The notes below the pieces were generated by a model. It was not told where the DNA came from and searched no databases. It saw only the letters and a list, made by a program, of their open reading frames with translations. From Lytechinus pictus (lineage: Eukaryota): a DNA stretch of 64,000 nt. The stretch is taken from contig NC_087252.1 in the NCBI RefSeq assembly GCF_037042905.1, forward strand, positions 2,048,001 through 2,112,000, given 5' to 3'. Position numbers and translations under genes: made by a program. This document shows positions 14,101 through 29,100 of this stretch, in pieces (position 1 is the first letter of the stretch; each line of letters starts with the position of its first letter).

Positions 14101-17100
14101 CCATATACCCAATGGTGTCTCAGTGGTATTCAATGGTGTCTCAGTAGTATGTGCCTCTAATGGTATGATTTGTATGGTGAATGGTATACCATATACCAAT
14201 GGTGTCTCAGTGGTATACAATGGTGTCTCAGTAGTATGTGCCTCTAATGGTATGATTGGTATGATGAATGGTATACCATATACCCAATGGTGTCTCAGTG
14301 GTATTCAATGGTGTCTCAGTAGTATGTGCCTCTAATGGTATGATTTGTATGGTGAATGGTATACCATATACCAATGGTGTCTCAGTGGTATACAATGGTG
14401 TCTCAGTAGTATGTGCCTCTAATGGTATGATTGGTATGATGAATGGTATACCATACCCAATGGTGTCTCAGTGGTATACAATGGTGTCTCAGACTCTCAG
14501 TAGTATATGTGCCTCTAATGGTATGATTGGTATGGTGAATGGTATACCATATACCCAATGGTCTCTCAGTCGTATTCAATGGTGTCTCAGTAGTATGTGC
14601 CTCTATAATGATATGATTGGTATGGTGAATGGTATACCGTATACCCAATGGTGTCTCAGTGGTGTCCAATAGTCTCAGTGGTATATGTGTAATGGTATAC
14701 CATATGCCCAATATGGTGTCTCAGTAGCATGTGCCTATATAGTGGTATAATTAATGGATAGTTGTTGGATAATTGTAACGCAATTGTGGCTTAGTGGTGT
14801 GTGCCTAATGAATGCTATTTATGTTAATGGTGAATGGTATGCCCAATTGCATTACCCAATAACATAATTCCGAAGATTTAAAGAAAAAGAAAATCAAAGA
14901 TTAAAAATTAGAATTATTAAAATTTTTGAGTTGTGACTTTTATGCGAGCAGCTTCCCCAAATCAGGCCCATTCGCTCATGATGGCAAACATGGTCTGTTG
15001 CATTCTTTTAAATTGTCTTTGTCTTAATTAAGTAAAAGGCCTATATGTGTTTAAATATCATTGAACCAGTGCTTAAAATACAATACTATTAATTTGTTAT
15101 ATTTTACAATTGTACATATTACCTTCTAAATTTATATCTGAAGCATTGAGTGCAAAAATAAAAGGAGTCAATGAAATCTTATTTGATAAAAAGGATTTTA
15201 TTGTACCTTAATATCAACGGACAAATTATTTCACAGCCGCTCCCGAAAGGGAAGAATATAATCATCATTTACCGTAAAAATCTTGAAATTGAAACATGCA
15301 AGTTTTAAAGAGCATGAACAAGATGTGTATCGTACTAAATAGAAAATTGTACATTTCACCATCCTTTCTTTTCTCTTTTTGTTTCTTGGTATAATTTGAA
15401 CGGCACACCACCTCTCCTATCTGTATGGTATACAGTTTTTTTTATGTAACGCCCCCCCCCCCTTCTTGAAAGTTTTGTTCTATTTTTAAATTAATTTTCT
15501 TATTTAATTATGGCCACTTTTTATAAAGAGAGCTATGGGGTGTTGCAAGGAAATATTTGCAGTCAATCCCAAAATTCGGTTGCAAATTTACAAGTGATAG
15601 ACTAATTTCATCTAAAGTAAACCAATTTATAGATTTATTGATGGAAGAAACAATAAATCAGTTGCAAGTTTGCAATGAAAAGTAAGACTTTCAATTGATT
15701 TTGGAGTTTGAAATTCAATTGCAAGTTTCTTGCAATGTCCCATAGGTCATTAGTTTGCTTAAAATGAATTCACTGTTGGTTGTCTTCCTCCCCCAACCCC
15801 TATTGAAATTCCCATCGGCAAACCCTGATTTTGGTCTGCAACGACCAAAGCCCCCTCCCGGCCAATTTATATATCGCTTCTACTGCTTTTGATCATAAAC
15901 CGTTCCTTTTTTTTTTCTTTACAAATTGTGTTTTAATTATTTTTTCTCACTCATGGATGGTGTTTATAAAGAGGAGAGCTATTCTAGGCCGATCATTACT
16001 TGCTTAATTGAAATGATTTGTCTGTTATTGTCTTGCCCCCCCCCCCCAGTATCAAAATTCCCTGCCGCCAGGCTAGTACAATATGTAACAGAAAAAAATC
16101 TAATGAACGAAATTCTCAATTGCAATCAAAACAAAAGCGAAATTAAACAAAGAGAGAAAAGGAAAAAAGAAATAAGTAAAAAATATATATATCGAAAAAC
16201 AGAAAAATAAATTTAAAAAAAGAAAAGAAAAAGACTAAGACAAAGAAAAGAAAAAAGACTGAACAGAAAAAAAGAAGGAAAAAGAAAAAAAGACAATGGA
16301 AAGAAAAAAAAGAAAGACATGGAATTATAGAACAGAAAAAAATTGAGCAAAATTATTTTTTTCATAGATCATTTCAAAGGATAAGCAGTGGCAAAAATTG
16401 ACTGCATGGTTAATTGCCAACCCAGAACCAATCAAGAAAAAGACACCCCTGATTTGGTCTTACATGCAATTCACTCCTCCCCCATATCGGGATTATCTTG
16501 GCTAAGAAGCCCCCTCCCCCTGATTTGGTTTTGATTTACCCCCCCCCCCCCCAATATCGGGATGTGTTGGCTGCGCTGCTAGCTAGCTCGCTCTATATGT
16601 ACGTATGTAAGTGTTGTTCTCGCACGCGCGCGCGCACGTACGTACGCATGTAACCGCCAATTGCAATATTTGAAAAAAGAACCCGATCAACCACTGTTTT
16701 GCTGTTCAGAAGTCCGTCTATAATTCATCATAAACTAAAGGAACACAGGTCAGATTCGGACAACGACTTCAAATTCATTCGCAGAATACGCTAAACAGTA
16801 AGTTAGATAACAATTTTCTTTGATATTGTTTTCGTAGTTAGTGGCTCGGCCTGATTTTCTAGAATGTTACTGTTACCGGTAGGCCTACTGTAGTGTTAGA
16901 TGTCGTTGTACTGCCACGGGGTTTCACTGCCACCGTACCGCCACTGCCCCGTTGGCGCGGGCACGCCTGTCTCTGGCGAAATGGATTATGGGGTGCGTTA
17001 ATATGCTTTGTATAGGCTGAGGTGAGCTGAGCCGAGCATTATTGTCATTGAGTAGTAATTCGCTCGTATGGCCTGATATCTATTTTCAATGTTTTACAAA

Positions 17101-20100
17101 ACCATCTCTGAATACCGGCGGTATGAATTTATGAATGAAAGACTTGTTATTGTTAAATTAATGCTGTACAGTGCAGTACTGTCATGACATTGACTGTCAA
17201 AGACAAAGTGTCAATTAGGCCATTGGTTACTGCACAACATTGACATTGTTTCACTGAAATGGAAACCTTGCCGAAAAATATTGCTCTGGAATGAGGCCTA
17301 TAATTTGTTGTTGTTGGTAGATAATGTTGGTAAATTAAGATGACATGGACATGGTAGTGTAACAGTAAAAACAGACTGAAGTGTAAGATTTTAGAGTGTA
17401 CAAACGGTCATGTTACAGTAGTATTAAGGTGAAACATGGTAAGGTGTCCTAAATTTTAAAACATAAAATAAAGCATTAAAGGCTACGCAGGCCCTAAAAA
17501 GCTACGCACCACTTATTGCGCATGCAATTTCAATGGTAAAATGTGCACTTTGTGTGCGGAACTGTGACTGGAGAGAGTGACAAACGATTCCTATTCAATT
17601 TTTCTAGAGAGACTGCAATAATTATTCAGAGAAAACCTACAACTGTTTGGAATTAACATATTTTAGAAATTGAGGCAGAGAAATATTCCATGATAAATCA
17701 AGAAGTGTTCTGAAAACATGGCGGGGTTTTGGTATTAGTGAGTTATGTGATATTTTCTTCTTGGTTAGGCCTAAGGTTTTTTAGAATATTTATTACATAT
17801 GAATACGATATAATTTGTTCAAATATAAAAATTGGCATAGTTTTTGACGTTTGTAAACAAAATTCGTAGTTTACATAGTATATGCAAATGTATCCCCCCA
17901 AAAAGGGCCTATACTAATCTGAACTCAGCCATGCCAGCTGACTAAAATCACAATTTCTGAATTTTTTCCTTGGGATTTTTCCGCGGGATTGGGCGCTAAT
18001 TTCGCACCGACCAACTTCGACCAAAATTCACCACCAAATGTTGTTCTCAAATGTCATATCAAGACTGAATTGCATTTGAATGTCCATATGCCCACCGCTT
18101 TTCCGAATATCGGGAACAGCTGTATATCGGCTTCGATCTCTACGTCATTGTTTGAATCCTCATGCGTTGCTTTGCCGTAATTTTGATATGGACTGAAGTT
18201 CGTAACCAAATCATGCAAACTGCCGCAGGCAAATCTTTTGGTCGCTAACTTCAGTCCTTATAAATAATGGCAAAGCCAAGCAAAGTGATGTCTGACTGAG
18301 AATTTGAACGATAACGTAATGTTTAATGTTGGGGCCCGCAAAGATAACCTGGCTTGAGCCCGGACCGGAAGGTTTAGCAAAAAAAATTCTGGGTCCTGGA
18401 TCCGCCTGGAACTCGGAGCCACCGGTCAACAATGCTGCTGCAGCCCTAAGAAAAACCTGGCCCCGCTAATCCCTAATGCACTTTCGTACCCTGCGATGTT
18501 AGCGAACTAATTTAACCTAAATATTTGTCCGAATCAATTCACTGAGCATCAGGAACATCTTTATTCCGGCTTCCACCATGATTTCATCATTCGAATTATC
18601 AGATTTAGGGTCTCACTCCACCGTATATTTATTTGGATATTTGCTGAAGTTAGCGATTACAACGCGCAAACACGAAGTCAACAGTGTTGCTGCCCTCTGC
18701 GTTCGTTTGGCAAAATCTGACTAAGAATTTTAACTAAGACGTCGAGATCAAAGCTAAAATAATGCTGTTTCCACTGCTCAAAGTGGCTGAAATTCATGTA
18801 AAGGATGAATTAAGTTAGATTATTCGAGAAAATAGATGAGCTTGGTTCATGAATAGTGGTAAATGGTCACATTATCTTGGTATTTATTTGGTATTTTTCG
18901 GAGACATAACAGCTTCTGATCTTCGCTGTCTTGGCTCTCAACCCGGACCGGCTTGGCCTGGGGAAAATCCCCCCAACTCACTGGTCTCTGAATTCCACCC
19001 CGGCATGGCTCCCACCATTACGATAATATCGGGAATGGAGCCAAAATACCGCCGTTCCCAATCGTGATGTTTGGAAAAATGGTGGACATATTGTGTATTG
19101 ACCTGTATATTGACCAACAAAATACGCCATAATAAAGACAACGCTGGATCCATGCGCTTACAATTATGTCACAATAGTAAAGTAAATGAAATGCGCACCA
19201 ATTTCCGATGCAGAATCGGCTTTCTGTTTACACGTAGTAAAAAAGCCGATTCTGCATCGGCTCGCGGTTCTGAACCTACTATTTTGGTGGTGCAAATTGC
19301 TGATTCTGAACCGCGAGCCGATGCAAGTTAATCGTGTTTTACACGCTATGAAAAAGCCGATTAAGTGTAAACACGGTATATATTTCCATTAGAAATATTT
19401 GCTGTAACTTTCAAAAGGAGGGACACACTTGTGTAAAGACTCCATATTTACATTAAACACATAGGCCCGAATTCACAAAGGTGGTTTTGCAAACCCATGG
19501 TTGAGTCCATGGTGTATGCAGATTTCCTGTATAAATTACGCTTAATTTAGCACGTATCTGGCGCGTGTATAAAAAATGTCCAATTCTGATGCGCGCTTTT
19601 GTCGCAGTGAGCCAAATTGACGCCTGTTACCATGGTTAGATATGCTATTTTATTCATGAGTCCACTGTTTGAAGAGTGGACTCATTAATTCAAAACAGTG
19701 GACTCGTGATTAAAATAGCGTGGATAACCACGGCAACAGGCGTCAATTTGGCGCACTGTGACAAAAGCGCGCATCAACATTGGACATATTTTGATATACG
19801 CTGTAAATAAGCTTAATTTATACAGGAAATCTCCATAAAACATAGACTCAACCGGGGTTTTCAAAACCACCTTTTTGAATTCGGGCCATTGACTATTGCT
19901 CTCAAGGGGGGGGGGGGGGGCACAGGTCAATTGTGCCCATCTGGATCCGTTACTGTGATTGTCAATACCAAGAAAAGAAAATCATATTGAATGTTATCAA
20001 TTAATTGATTAGGCCTACCTTTTGAAAACTGCTGCTCTGGAAATATGACTTCAGATCATTCTTTTTCTATTAGATAATTTTCTCTTGCATATCTACATGA

Positions 20101-23100
20101 TTGCTGATCAAAACACGTTACGCAGCAGAGTAACTGTGTTATATTGATCTATATATTTCAAGCATGCACACACAGAAAATCTTTGATGGGGGAATTTTAT
20201 TTCTGTGACATCAATTTCAAACATATTTTCAAGTGAATTTGCTGCATATGTTGAAATAAAAATGATCATGATGCTGTATATGAGTGAATCATTGCATTTT
20301 GGAGCTTAAAGAAAGTTTTACTATAATAGTATTATATTTTTGTTTTTATCTGCACATGCATATTTTCCAACACTCAAATTGATTTAATTTCATTTAAGAT
20401 TGGACGACGGATACACTGGATGATAATGTAGATGGTCCAGGATTATCTGGGAAGGAAACTACAGGTGTTGAACACAGAAAACCGTTTACAAGAAAACAAC
20501 TGGAGTTTGTGAAAGGTAATTGTGTAAGAATTCACTTCAGTGGAAAGAATTGCAAAGCTTCATTAAATAAAACAGATTGTACTCCTGCAGTGGCATAGCT
20601 GAAAAAAAAAAACTTGTGAGGAATGGTAAAAATACTGAAAAAGACCAAATGTCATCCCCATTTATAGGATTACACGTCCTTTCTAACACCCCCCCCCCTG
20701 GAAAAAAATCAATATGCTGGCGGGGGAGGGGGTGGACACTGGCCCCAGGTATGCATGTGGTATGGTATTTGTCATCATTTGGGCAACCTCCCATTAATAT
20801 AACGGGTTATTTTCTGCTAATCTATGGTTAAACATGAATTTCTTTATCATATTGTACAAAATGTTTTGTATATTTGTTAATTGGTACTATTCAATTGAAG
20901 GGTAGTGTATTATGCAAATTTCTCGATATTTTAGAAAAATATATCAATTTCTCAAGAAAGCTTGCACGCACGACAAGCATTGATGTTTTGAACCCGTAGC
21001 TGACATACTGTCCTTTGCATTGTTTTCATCCCATATTCCTTATTACAGCTGCAAGAAATTAATCTTGCCGGGTACGCATTCACTTCACCTTGGTCGAGTG
21101 CAGCACAGTGGATAAATGTGTTGCTGAAGGAAAACACCATTGCTAGGATTCAAACCCACGACACTCTGTTGAAAGGTGAGAGTCAGAACCACTAGACCAC
21201 GACGCATACACAGTTAACAAGCTGATGTCATACTCCCACTTGTTCTTTTGTATCTTATAACAAGAAGTCATGTTTATTCACATTTTGACCTCCAAGAACT
21301 AAAAAGTGGAGTGAAGATTTATTTAATGTAAACACATGCATTGCTTGAAATTATTTTATGCTACGTGGGACATATCATACACACGTGTACGAAAATATGA
21401 AATTATTATGATTTCATTTTATAACATAAGCCTAACACATATTCCTGACGATCATGTGCACATTCCAGTAATTTTTCCCAAAATGTTGCTAAACCTTCAA
21501 ATCAAAGACTTTGTTATCAGATTTTAACGAAATTGTCAACATTATGCTTTTCTGATTAATTCTCTTCCTACCTAAATCTCCCCTTTCCTCATGCTTTCTT
21601 TCTATGGACCCTTCATTCTCCTTATAACTATGTTATATGTAAAATGTAACCGGTCGTCCAACCCATTTGATTGAAGGGCTAGGTACTCTAGACTGAAAGT
21701 TATGTGATTTAAATTCAAAGAGTACATCAGACAAAAAAAACACTGAAAATTTCATCAAAATTGAATGAGGATTAACGAAATTATGACGAATTAAAATTGT
21801 TATTTTTTGGTAAAACTGTTCTCTGCAAGTCCTCATGAATATACAAGATCCCAATTTATATATTTTTTTGTATTATATGAATTCAAATTTTGTCCAAGCT
21901 AGGTTGTAAAAAATTACGATTGACTACTGATATACTGTGTAAGACAAAAATTATATTATTTCTCACACATAGTTGAGTTATTCATCTGATTCAACACAAC
22001 AAAAATAGACAAAAAATAAATAAGTGGGAATCTTGTATATTTGAACTATGGGAAATAGTTAAAAAATAGATGTGCTACTAAGAATTATTTTCTATATGAT
22101 TTGCAAAATATTAAAAAAAGATGTCGCTATTTTCTTGTTTTTTTTCTATTTTCATGATATATTCTTTATTTATTCTATTATTCTATATATTCTATTTTTG
22201 ATATAGATATTATTTATTCCTTTATGTATCTTTAATGTATTTATGATAAACTTTTGGCATGTTTCTACAGAAAATCATTAAAAACGATTTATCTTTTCCG
22301 GACTCGAAAAACCTTATCGCCCTTAAACCAACCTGCTTCTACAAACCTAATAATCTGATTAACTCGCTTTTCGCGTTGCAAATACGGCGGAAATCAGAAA
22401 ATTCAACCTATAACCTCACGTTGCATTGTACATATGTCCAAAATTGCATCTTCTTAGGAAAATTTTCAAAATTTGTGGTAGATCTCACTCAATGTAGCAG
22501 GTATACGTGTTGCACGATCAGCTGGCGAGATCAAAAAGGCCAGAATGTGCAAATTTATTTACTGCGAATTTGCACTTTTGGGATTAAGCACTTCCGCCAG
22601 ACACGATACGCTATTTTGCCGTGTGTTTTTACAGAAAAGTTAAACGGATTAACATGGCAATAACCACCTCTCAGAGATGGTTATGAGAAACCATATTTTG
22701 CTTGAAGCAGTTTATCAATAAACTGCATCGCGTCTGTTTCTACAAAATTCTACAGGAAAGTTTTCCGGGATTCTGGATACTTACGTGGGTAATACCTTTT
22801 AACGATTCTATGTAGAAACACGCCGTTTGATATATCTTTTAGGTGAAAAGAAAATAGAGAAATATTAGGAGGTTCTATTTTTATGGGGGTACTATTTTCC
22901 CCTCTTTTGGGGATATTTATTTCCTCTAAGTTTGGTACTCTTTACCTTTAATCATTTGGCCATGTGAAGGCTATCACACATTTTGAGTTTAATCTTCGAA
23001 ATTTGGTGTTCATTAGTTTGTTGTCCAAACTCTGTCTTACATTTAGATTTGTTTATAGGAAGATTAACATAATATCTATGTGGAGTGCAATCATTGACCT

Positions 23101-26100
23101 CTTGTAGAGTCGTGCAGTCACATGTATTCATAATGCTGGTGCTTTTATGCCATACATGTACTTGTCAATACTGGGTTCCACTCTTTTGTACTTGAACTTA
23201 TTAGTAAAAAAAATATTTTATTAATGTCATTGAAGTAGCTGTGTGAAAGCAATTACACACAACAGATTTAAAATCAAGGTTATTGTATTACAAGTATCAG
23301 GTTTGTTTGCAGAACAGTGGTTTTGCCAAGTACTCAATCCACGTAAAAAGCCATCAGAGAGAACATGTTTATTCTTGGAAATGTTATTCATTTGTTGTGT
23401 TTTTCAATTAAACTCTGTCTTGATACATGTTTATTTTAGATACCAAGATTGACAGAGTATAGATGTCAACGAGGAGCAAAGTCATATATATTCATAACTT
23501 ATGTGCTTTAATTATAAAGTCTATACTTGTGAATGCTGTGTTCCATTTATGCTGTACTTAAACTTCTTATAGTAAAAACATTTGACGTTCTTGAAATAAC
23601 TGTTTTCATCATTTTTTCTTGTGCATACTTAATCCATTATCAAACCTACCATTAACCCGAGCTATATATGCTGTTCACCATTGGTCTACCATTCACTGTA
23701 CTTTATTGGCCTACTATACATTGTACACCTTTGGTCTACTGTCTATCATTCAGTGTAAACCATTGGTCTACCATTCACAGTACACTTGTGGTCTATAATG
23801 TATGGCCAATGGTGTAAATTGAATGGTTGACCAATGGTATAGAGTGTATGGTATGACAATGGTGTACAGTGAACGGTAGGCCAATGGTGTACGGTAAATG
23901 GTAGGTCAACGGTGTATGGTAAGCCAATGGTGTACGGTGATTGGTAGGTCAATGGTGTATGGTGAATGGTAGGGCAATGGTGAACGGTGTATGGTGAATG
24001 GTAGGTGAATAGTGTACGGTGAATCGTACGCGAATGGTGTACAGTGAATGGTAGGCGAATGGTTTATGGTGAATGGTACGCGAATGGTGTACGGTGAATG
24101 GTACGCGAATGGTGTACGGTGAATGGTAGGTGTACGGTGTATGGTGAATGGTAGGCGAATGGTGTATGGTGAATGGTACGTGAATGGTGTACGGTGAATG
24201 GTACGCGAATGGTGTACGGTGAATGGTAGGTCAACGGTGTATGGTGAATGGTAGGCGAATGGTGAATGGTGTAAGGTGAATGGTAGACCAATGGTGTCCA
24301 GTGAACGGTGGCTGAATGGTAAATGGTAGGCCAGTGAATGGTGGCTGAATGGTAGTCAATGGTAAACCTGTCTATAGTGGCCATGGTAGATCAATGGTGA
24401 ATGGTGTTTGATCAATGGTATATGAATGGTAAATGGTGCTCATGAATATGGTAATAGTAACGTCCCAATTATTTAAATTAGTTTGAATGGTATACCATTG
24501 GGGCTTGAATGGTATACCATTGGTGTATGATGGGTGCTGTGCGAATGGTATTCCAATGGTATATCAATGGTGTATGGTGTATGGTATTTCAATGGTATAC
24601 CATTCAATTTTTTTTATAAGGGCCTACTCACTTGTCAGAGACAATATCAAAACGAAATAGTGCCAATGCTTTAAGAGAGAAGAGCAGTGGTAAAAAAGAC
24701 GTTCCAGTATTCACTTTGATTAGAATGAAAAATAAAAACTGCCGAAAAGAAAGAGTCCATATAAAAATTTTCTCTTTAGGTCTGAAAAAAACTAACTCTT
24801 AAGATATATCTTTTTAAGATTCAGTAGCGTAGATATATATTGTGAGTCAACTACGAACTTTTCCCTTGAAACATTATGCATATTCCCTCTTATAACGTTC
24901 ATGTATTGCTATGTATTGTTTAATCAAATACTGTACATGTACCAACTGGAGTAACCACAGTTCAAAATTTGTTAGAAATATTTAATTAATGAACCACACA
25001 TTATCTTACAAAAAATATTTCGTAATGCCATAGATAAGTCAAGTAGGGAACACTTACTGTATGTTCAAATAATTTTTAGATAAATTCGAGGAAGCTTGGC
25101 GACGGAGAGATCTTTTTTTATAATCACAAAGAAGACCAATCCAAGCATTTTGATATCATTAAAATGAATATATGCCCGAGGCTAACTATATAATATTAAT
25201 GATTTGATGATTTTTTTTTTAATGAAGAGTGAGTGTATGTGGGAAGAGGGGGGGGGGTGTACAGGCCAATCCCTTATCCGAAAAGTGCGCTTGCGTATGA
25301 TGACCGGTGTGTTGGCTAAGTTGGTTTAGCGTCCGTCTCACAACCGGGAGGTCGGGGGTTCAAACCCCGGCCGCGTCAGACCAAAAGACGTTAAAAGATG
25401 GGAGTTGCTGCTACCCTGTTTGGCGTTCGATGATTAAAGGGATAGAGCCTCGTCGATCTAGCGCTGCACAGCGGCTGCTGGGCCCACGATCAATTGGGCA
25501 AAGCAAATTTTCGGAGTATTTAATTTCATGTCTATTTCGAACAATAAAATATGGATTTTCATGGATTATCTATCCCCGAAATTTATGATTTTGTACCTTT
25601 TACATGTTTTACAAGGCCAGATGATCTTGTTCCATGTTGAATTCCTAGGTCTCTGCCAGGGTTAAGGTCTGTCCACAGCTCATCTGTATGAAACATATCA
25701 TACATATGTACATGTAAGATAGGGTAGTTGATATCAGAATTTAAAAAACTATTTTTTTTTGTATTATGAAAAACATTACAACTGAAATTTCAATATTAAC
25801 GTATTTTAGTCTGGACTGTTAGTGAAATTATGTGGACACAGTGGGAAAAGGCATTATTTCTTCTCCAGACCTTTGTATACATATACGGGTTAAAGACAGG
25901 TATGCTAAAAAAACCTGACTGCAGGAAGTGAAAAAAATGGGTCAAAATGTCAAAATTTAAGGATAAAAAGTGGTCTGATATATAGACTAGTAGCAGTGCG
26001 AAACTTCGTAGCAGTGTAAAATTTTGCATTTGCTTTATTAGTCTTTAGATTCAATTTGTTTTTTAACAGAAATTTTGTCTGTCCTGAAATCCCAATGCAC

Positions 26101-29100
26101 CAGAATAGTTGAATTCAGATGCATAAACGGGCCGAAGAGTGGTGGTGGAGGGGGCTGTGGTCGTGTGTGTGTGTATATATTGGTTTCGGGGTAAACATGT
26201 GCAAGACATATTTTTTCGCGTGTGTTTGAAATTGTGTTGCCATGATAACAATAATTTATAGCAAATGTTAGGTAAAAATCTTGCAGTTAGAATAATTATT
26301 CTTTTTTTTAAAATCCATTCTATTTGGCACACATATTGGTTTTGAGGTGAAGATGTGCGAGAGACACTTTCTTGAGTGTGTCAGAAATCTTGTTTCCATG
26401 GTAACAAGATATTATAGCCAGAAATGCAGGAAAACTCCTTGTGAATCAGACTAATTCCCCATTTTTTAGCCAGTGCTCATAAAATTTGGCACAAACATTC
26501 ATCTTGGGCTAAAGATTCATATTCATTATTGTTTGTCTTCAAACCGCATTACAATGATTAGGTCATAGGAACCGTTTAGCCCGTTTATGCACCTGAATTC
26601 AACTATTCTGGTGCATTTGGATTTCAGGACAAACATAATTTTTGTTAAAAAGGATTTGAATCTAAAGACTATTAAAGAAAATGCAAAATTATACACTGCT
26701 ATGGAGTTTTGCACTGGCACTCGTCTATATATCAGACCACTTTACATTCTTAGATTTTGACATTTTTGTCACTGTTCCTGCAGTCAGTTTTTTGGAGCAT
26801 GTTCTTCTTTTAATCCTCATAAAAATACAAAGGTATGGAGGAAAAAATCATGCTTTTGTCCACCTTGTCCACCTCTGTGATATTTTCCGCGCTAAGAGAC
26901 CAGACTATTTATGCCTATCATATGAGACAAATCGGGCTAATCGGCTGCTTTATTAGACAATTTCTTTGCTCATTATAACTAAGGCACATACGTCATAGCC
27001 ATGGATGTCTCGTCATCTATTTTTCATGATGATTCTACTCTCCAAACATTAACCACGTTAACCATCAACATATTTTAGTCTCAAAATCAAGTTTGTTAAA
27101 TCATATATACATGTAACAATCATACTAATATGACCTTTTATGTCTTGTCGACCAATGCTGACCACTGCCTCATGAAGTTTCAACCTTTTTTCGTAATTGC
27201 TACACGTCGCCTGTCTGATCCATTCATTCACCATTGCATCCGTGTTGAACAGTGTGGCATTATTTGCAGTAACTATTGCGTCCTCTTTCGAGTCCATATC
27301 TACACACTGCAACAATGATTTGACGTGCCTACTTGTCAGCCTGTCAGCAAAGCCTTCAACCTCACATTCGATGAGGTCCCCTACGAGGTGATGTGGCACT
27401 TGAAGTTAACAAATGAAATCGAAATTAAATTCGAATTAAAATATTGTATCAAATAAAAAAAAATAAAAAAAGCTGTAAAAAGTTCAGAATATGGAGGAAA
27501 GTGATTAATGGTACAAATTTTTTTCTCAAATTTGAGTCACATGATCAGATAGTGAAATTAAAGTAATAAGTATTGGTGACTATCGCTTTAACAATATATA
27601 TTGAAAGGACAACATGTATTTAAAAAAACACCCCACAACAATAACAGTTGCGACAAAATGTTTACCTTTGAAAAATGATCTGTCTGTTGGTTTACATTCA
27701 GTCTTCTCGAGAGCATGACTTAGCAGGATATATGGATTTTCATCAAGATCTTGATGCTTCCACTCTACAACCTGCTGCGTTGCCTCCTGGATGGTGTTTT
27801 GTTGAATTATTTGTGAGGAACCAAAAGATGGGACCTTGCCTGTTAACTTCTGAAGGAAGCGTCGAAGTTTGTCAGGATCTTTTATTTGCCAGAGGATATG
27901 TTCGATTGTTTTATCTGCGACATCGTTAGTTCTCTTTTCTCTGAGTTCTGAACAAAATATAATGTGTGAGTTGGTAAAACAATCTTGAATAGATTACAAT
28001 GCTTTATTTCATACAAAACGCTGTCAGATTTAAACCATAGAAAATGGAATACATGCATGTAAGAAAGTAAATATATGGCCAACATATTCGCTCGAAATTT
28101 ATCAATGAAATGTTGAGCTTCCAGAGTTCTTCCAAAAAATTGAAAAATCATTTTTTCTTCGAGAAAAGGGGTAAAATAAAATTGTGCATTTAGCCTATTT
28201 TTACCTTTCCAAAATCGCGAAATAAACACTACAAAAATTTTCAGTGTTTGTAATTCCTTAAGTTAATATCTCAATAAGTATGTCCCCCCTTTTCGATTTA
28301 TAATAAACTATGACTTGATCTGATTGTTATGGATAGAATCGCAGTTCCTGTATTAACCCCAGAGCTATTTCAACATTTGCCGTTTTGAATTTGTGTTTTA
28401 GCAAAGTCTGCGAGATTTTGTGAAATCATTAATTCTTTTGGAAGAATCTTGGAGCAGTAATCTTCCAAAATAACAAAAACAAAGAACGTTATATATAAAC
28501 GTCCAACTTAAACTTTATAAATTTCATGTTTAAAGGTCAAGTCCACCCCAGGAAAATGCTGACTTGAATGAATAGAGAAAAAGTAAGCTAGCATAGTGCT
28601 GAAAATATCCTGAAAATCGGATGGAAAATATTAAAGAAAGTTATGACATTTTAAAGTTTCGCTTATTTTTCACAAAACAGTGATATGCACAACTAGGTGA
28701 GTCAGTCGATGATGTCCATCACTCACTATTTCTTTTGTTTTTTATTGTTGGAATTATACAATATTTCATTTTTTATAGATTTGACAATAGGGACCAACTT
28801 GACTGAACCATATAGTATTAAACAATACTAATTCCACATGTTAAGGGAGGAATTAATCGTTGTATCACTTGACACTGAGGAGAAAACTAGAATATTTCAT
28901 ATGATGAAATACAAAAGAAATAGTGAGTGGATGACGTCATAGTCTCCTCATTTGCATATCAGCCAGGATGTGCATATAACTGTTTCGTGAAATTAAGCGA
29001 AATTTTAGAATGTCATAACTTTCTTACTTAACATCCGATTTTGATGAAATTGTCAGTGTTATGCTTGTTGGATTTTTCTCTTTTTATTCAAATCATCTTT

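Larger units (their letters stand above)
13703..24622. mobile_element. Large non-autonomous CMC/EnSpm(CACTA)-like DNA element, about 10.9 kb, with nested insertions
   Basis: Termini CCCTTATAAAAA...TTTTTATAAGGG. 2-bp TSD CC. About 1-kb AATGGT-based repeat arrays directly inside both ends. No transposase ORF seen. Confidence 0.65.

Noticed and set aside
13859..14711. Repetitive ORFs and CRISPR-like periodicity in the AATGGT array (also 23746-24384)
   Set aside because: Tandem satellite without unique spacers, no cas genes, eukaryotic context.
25303..25380. tRNA gene
   Set aside because: A and B boxes are present, but there is no good acceptor stem and it runs into a SINE body.
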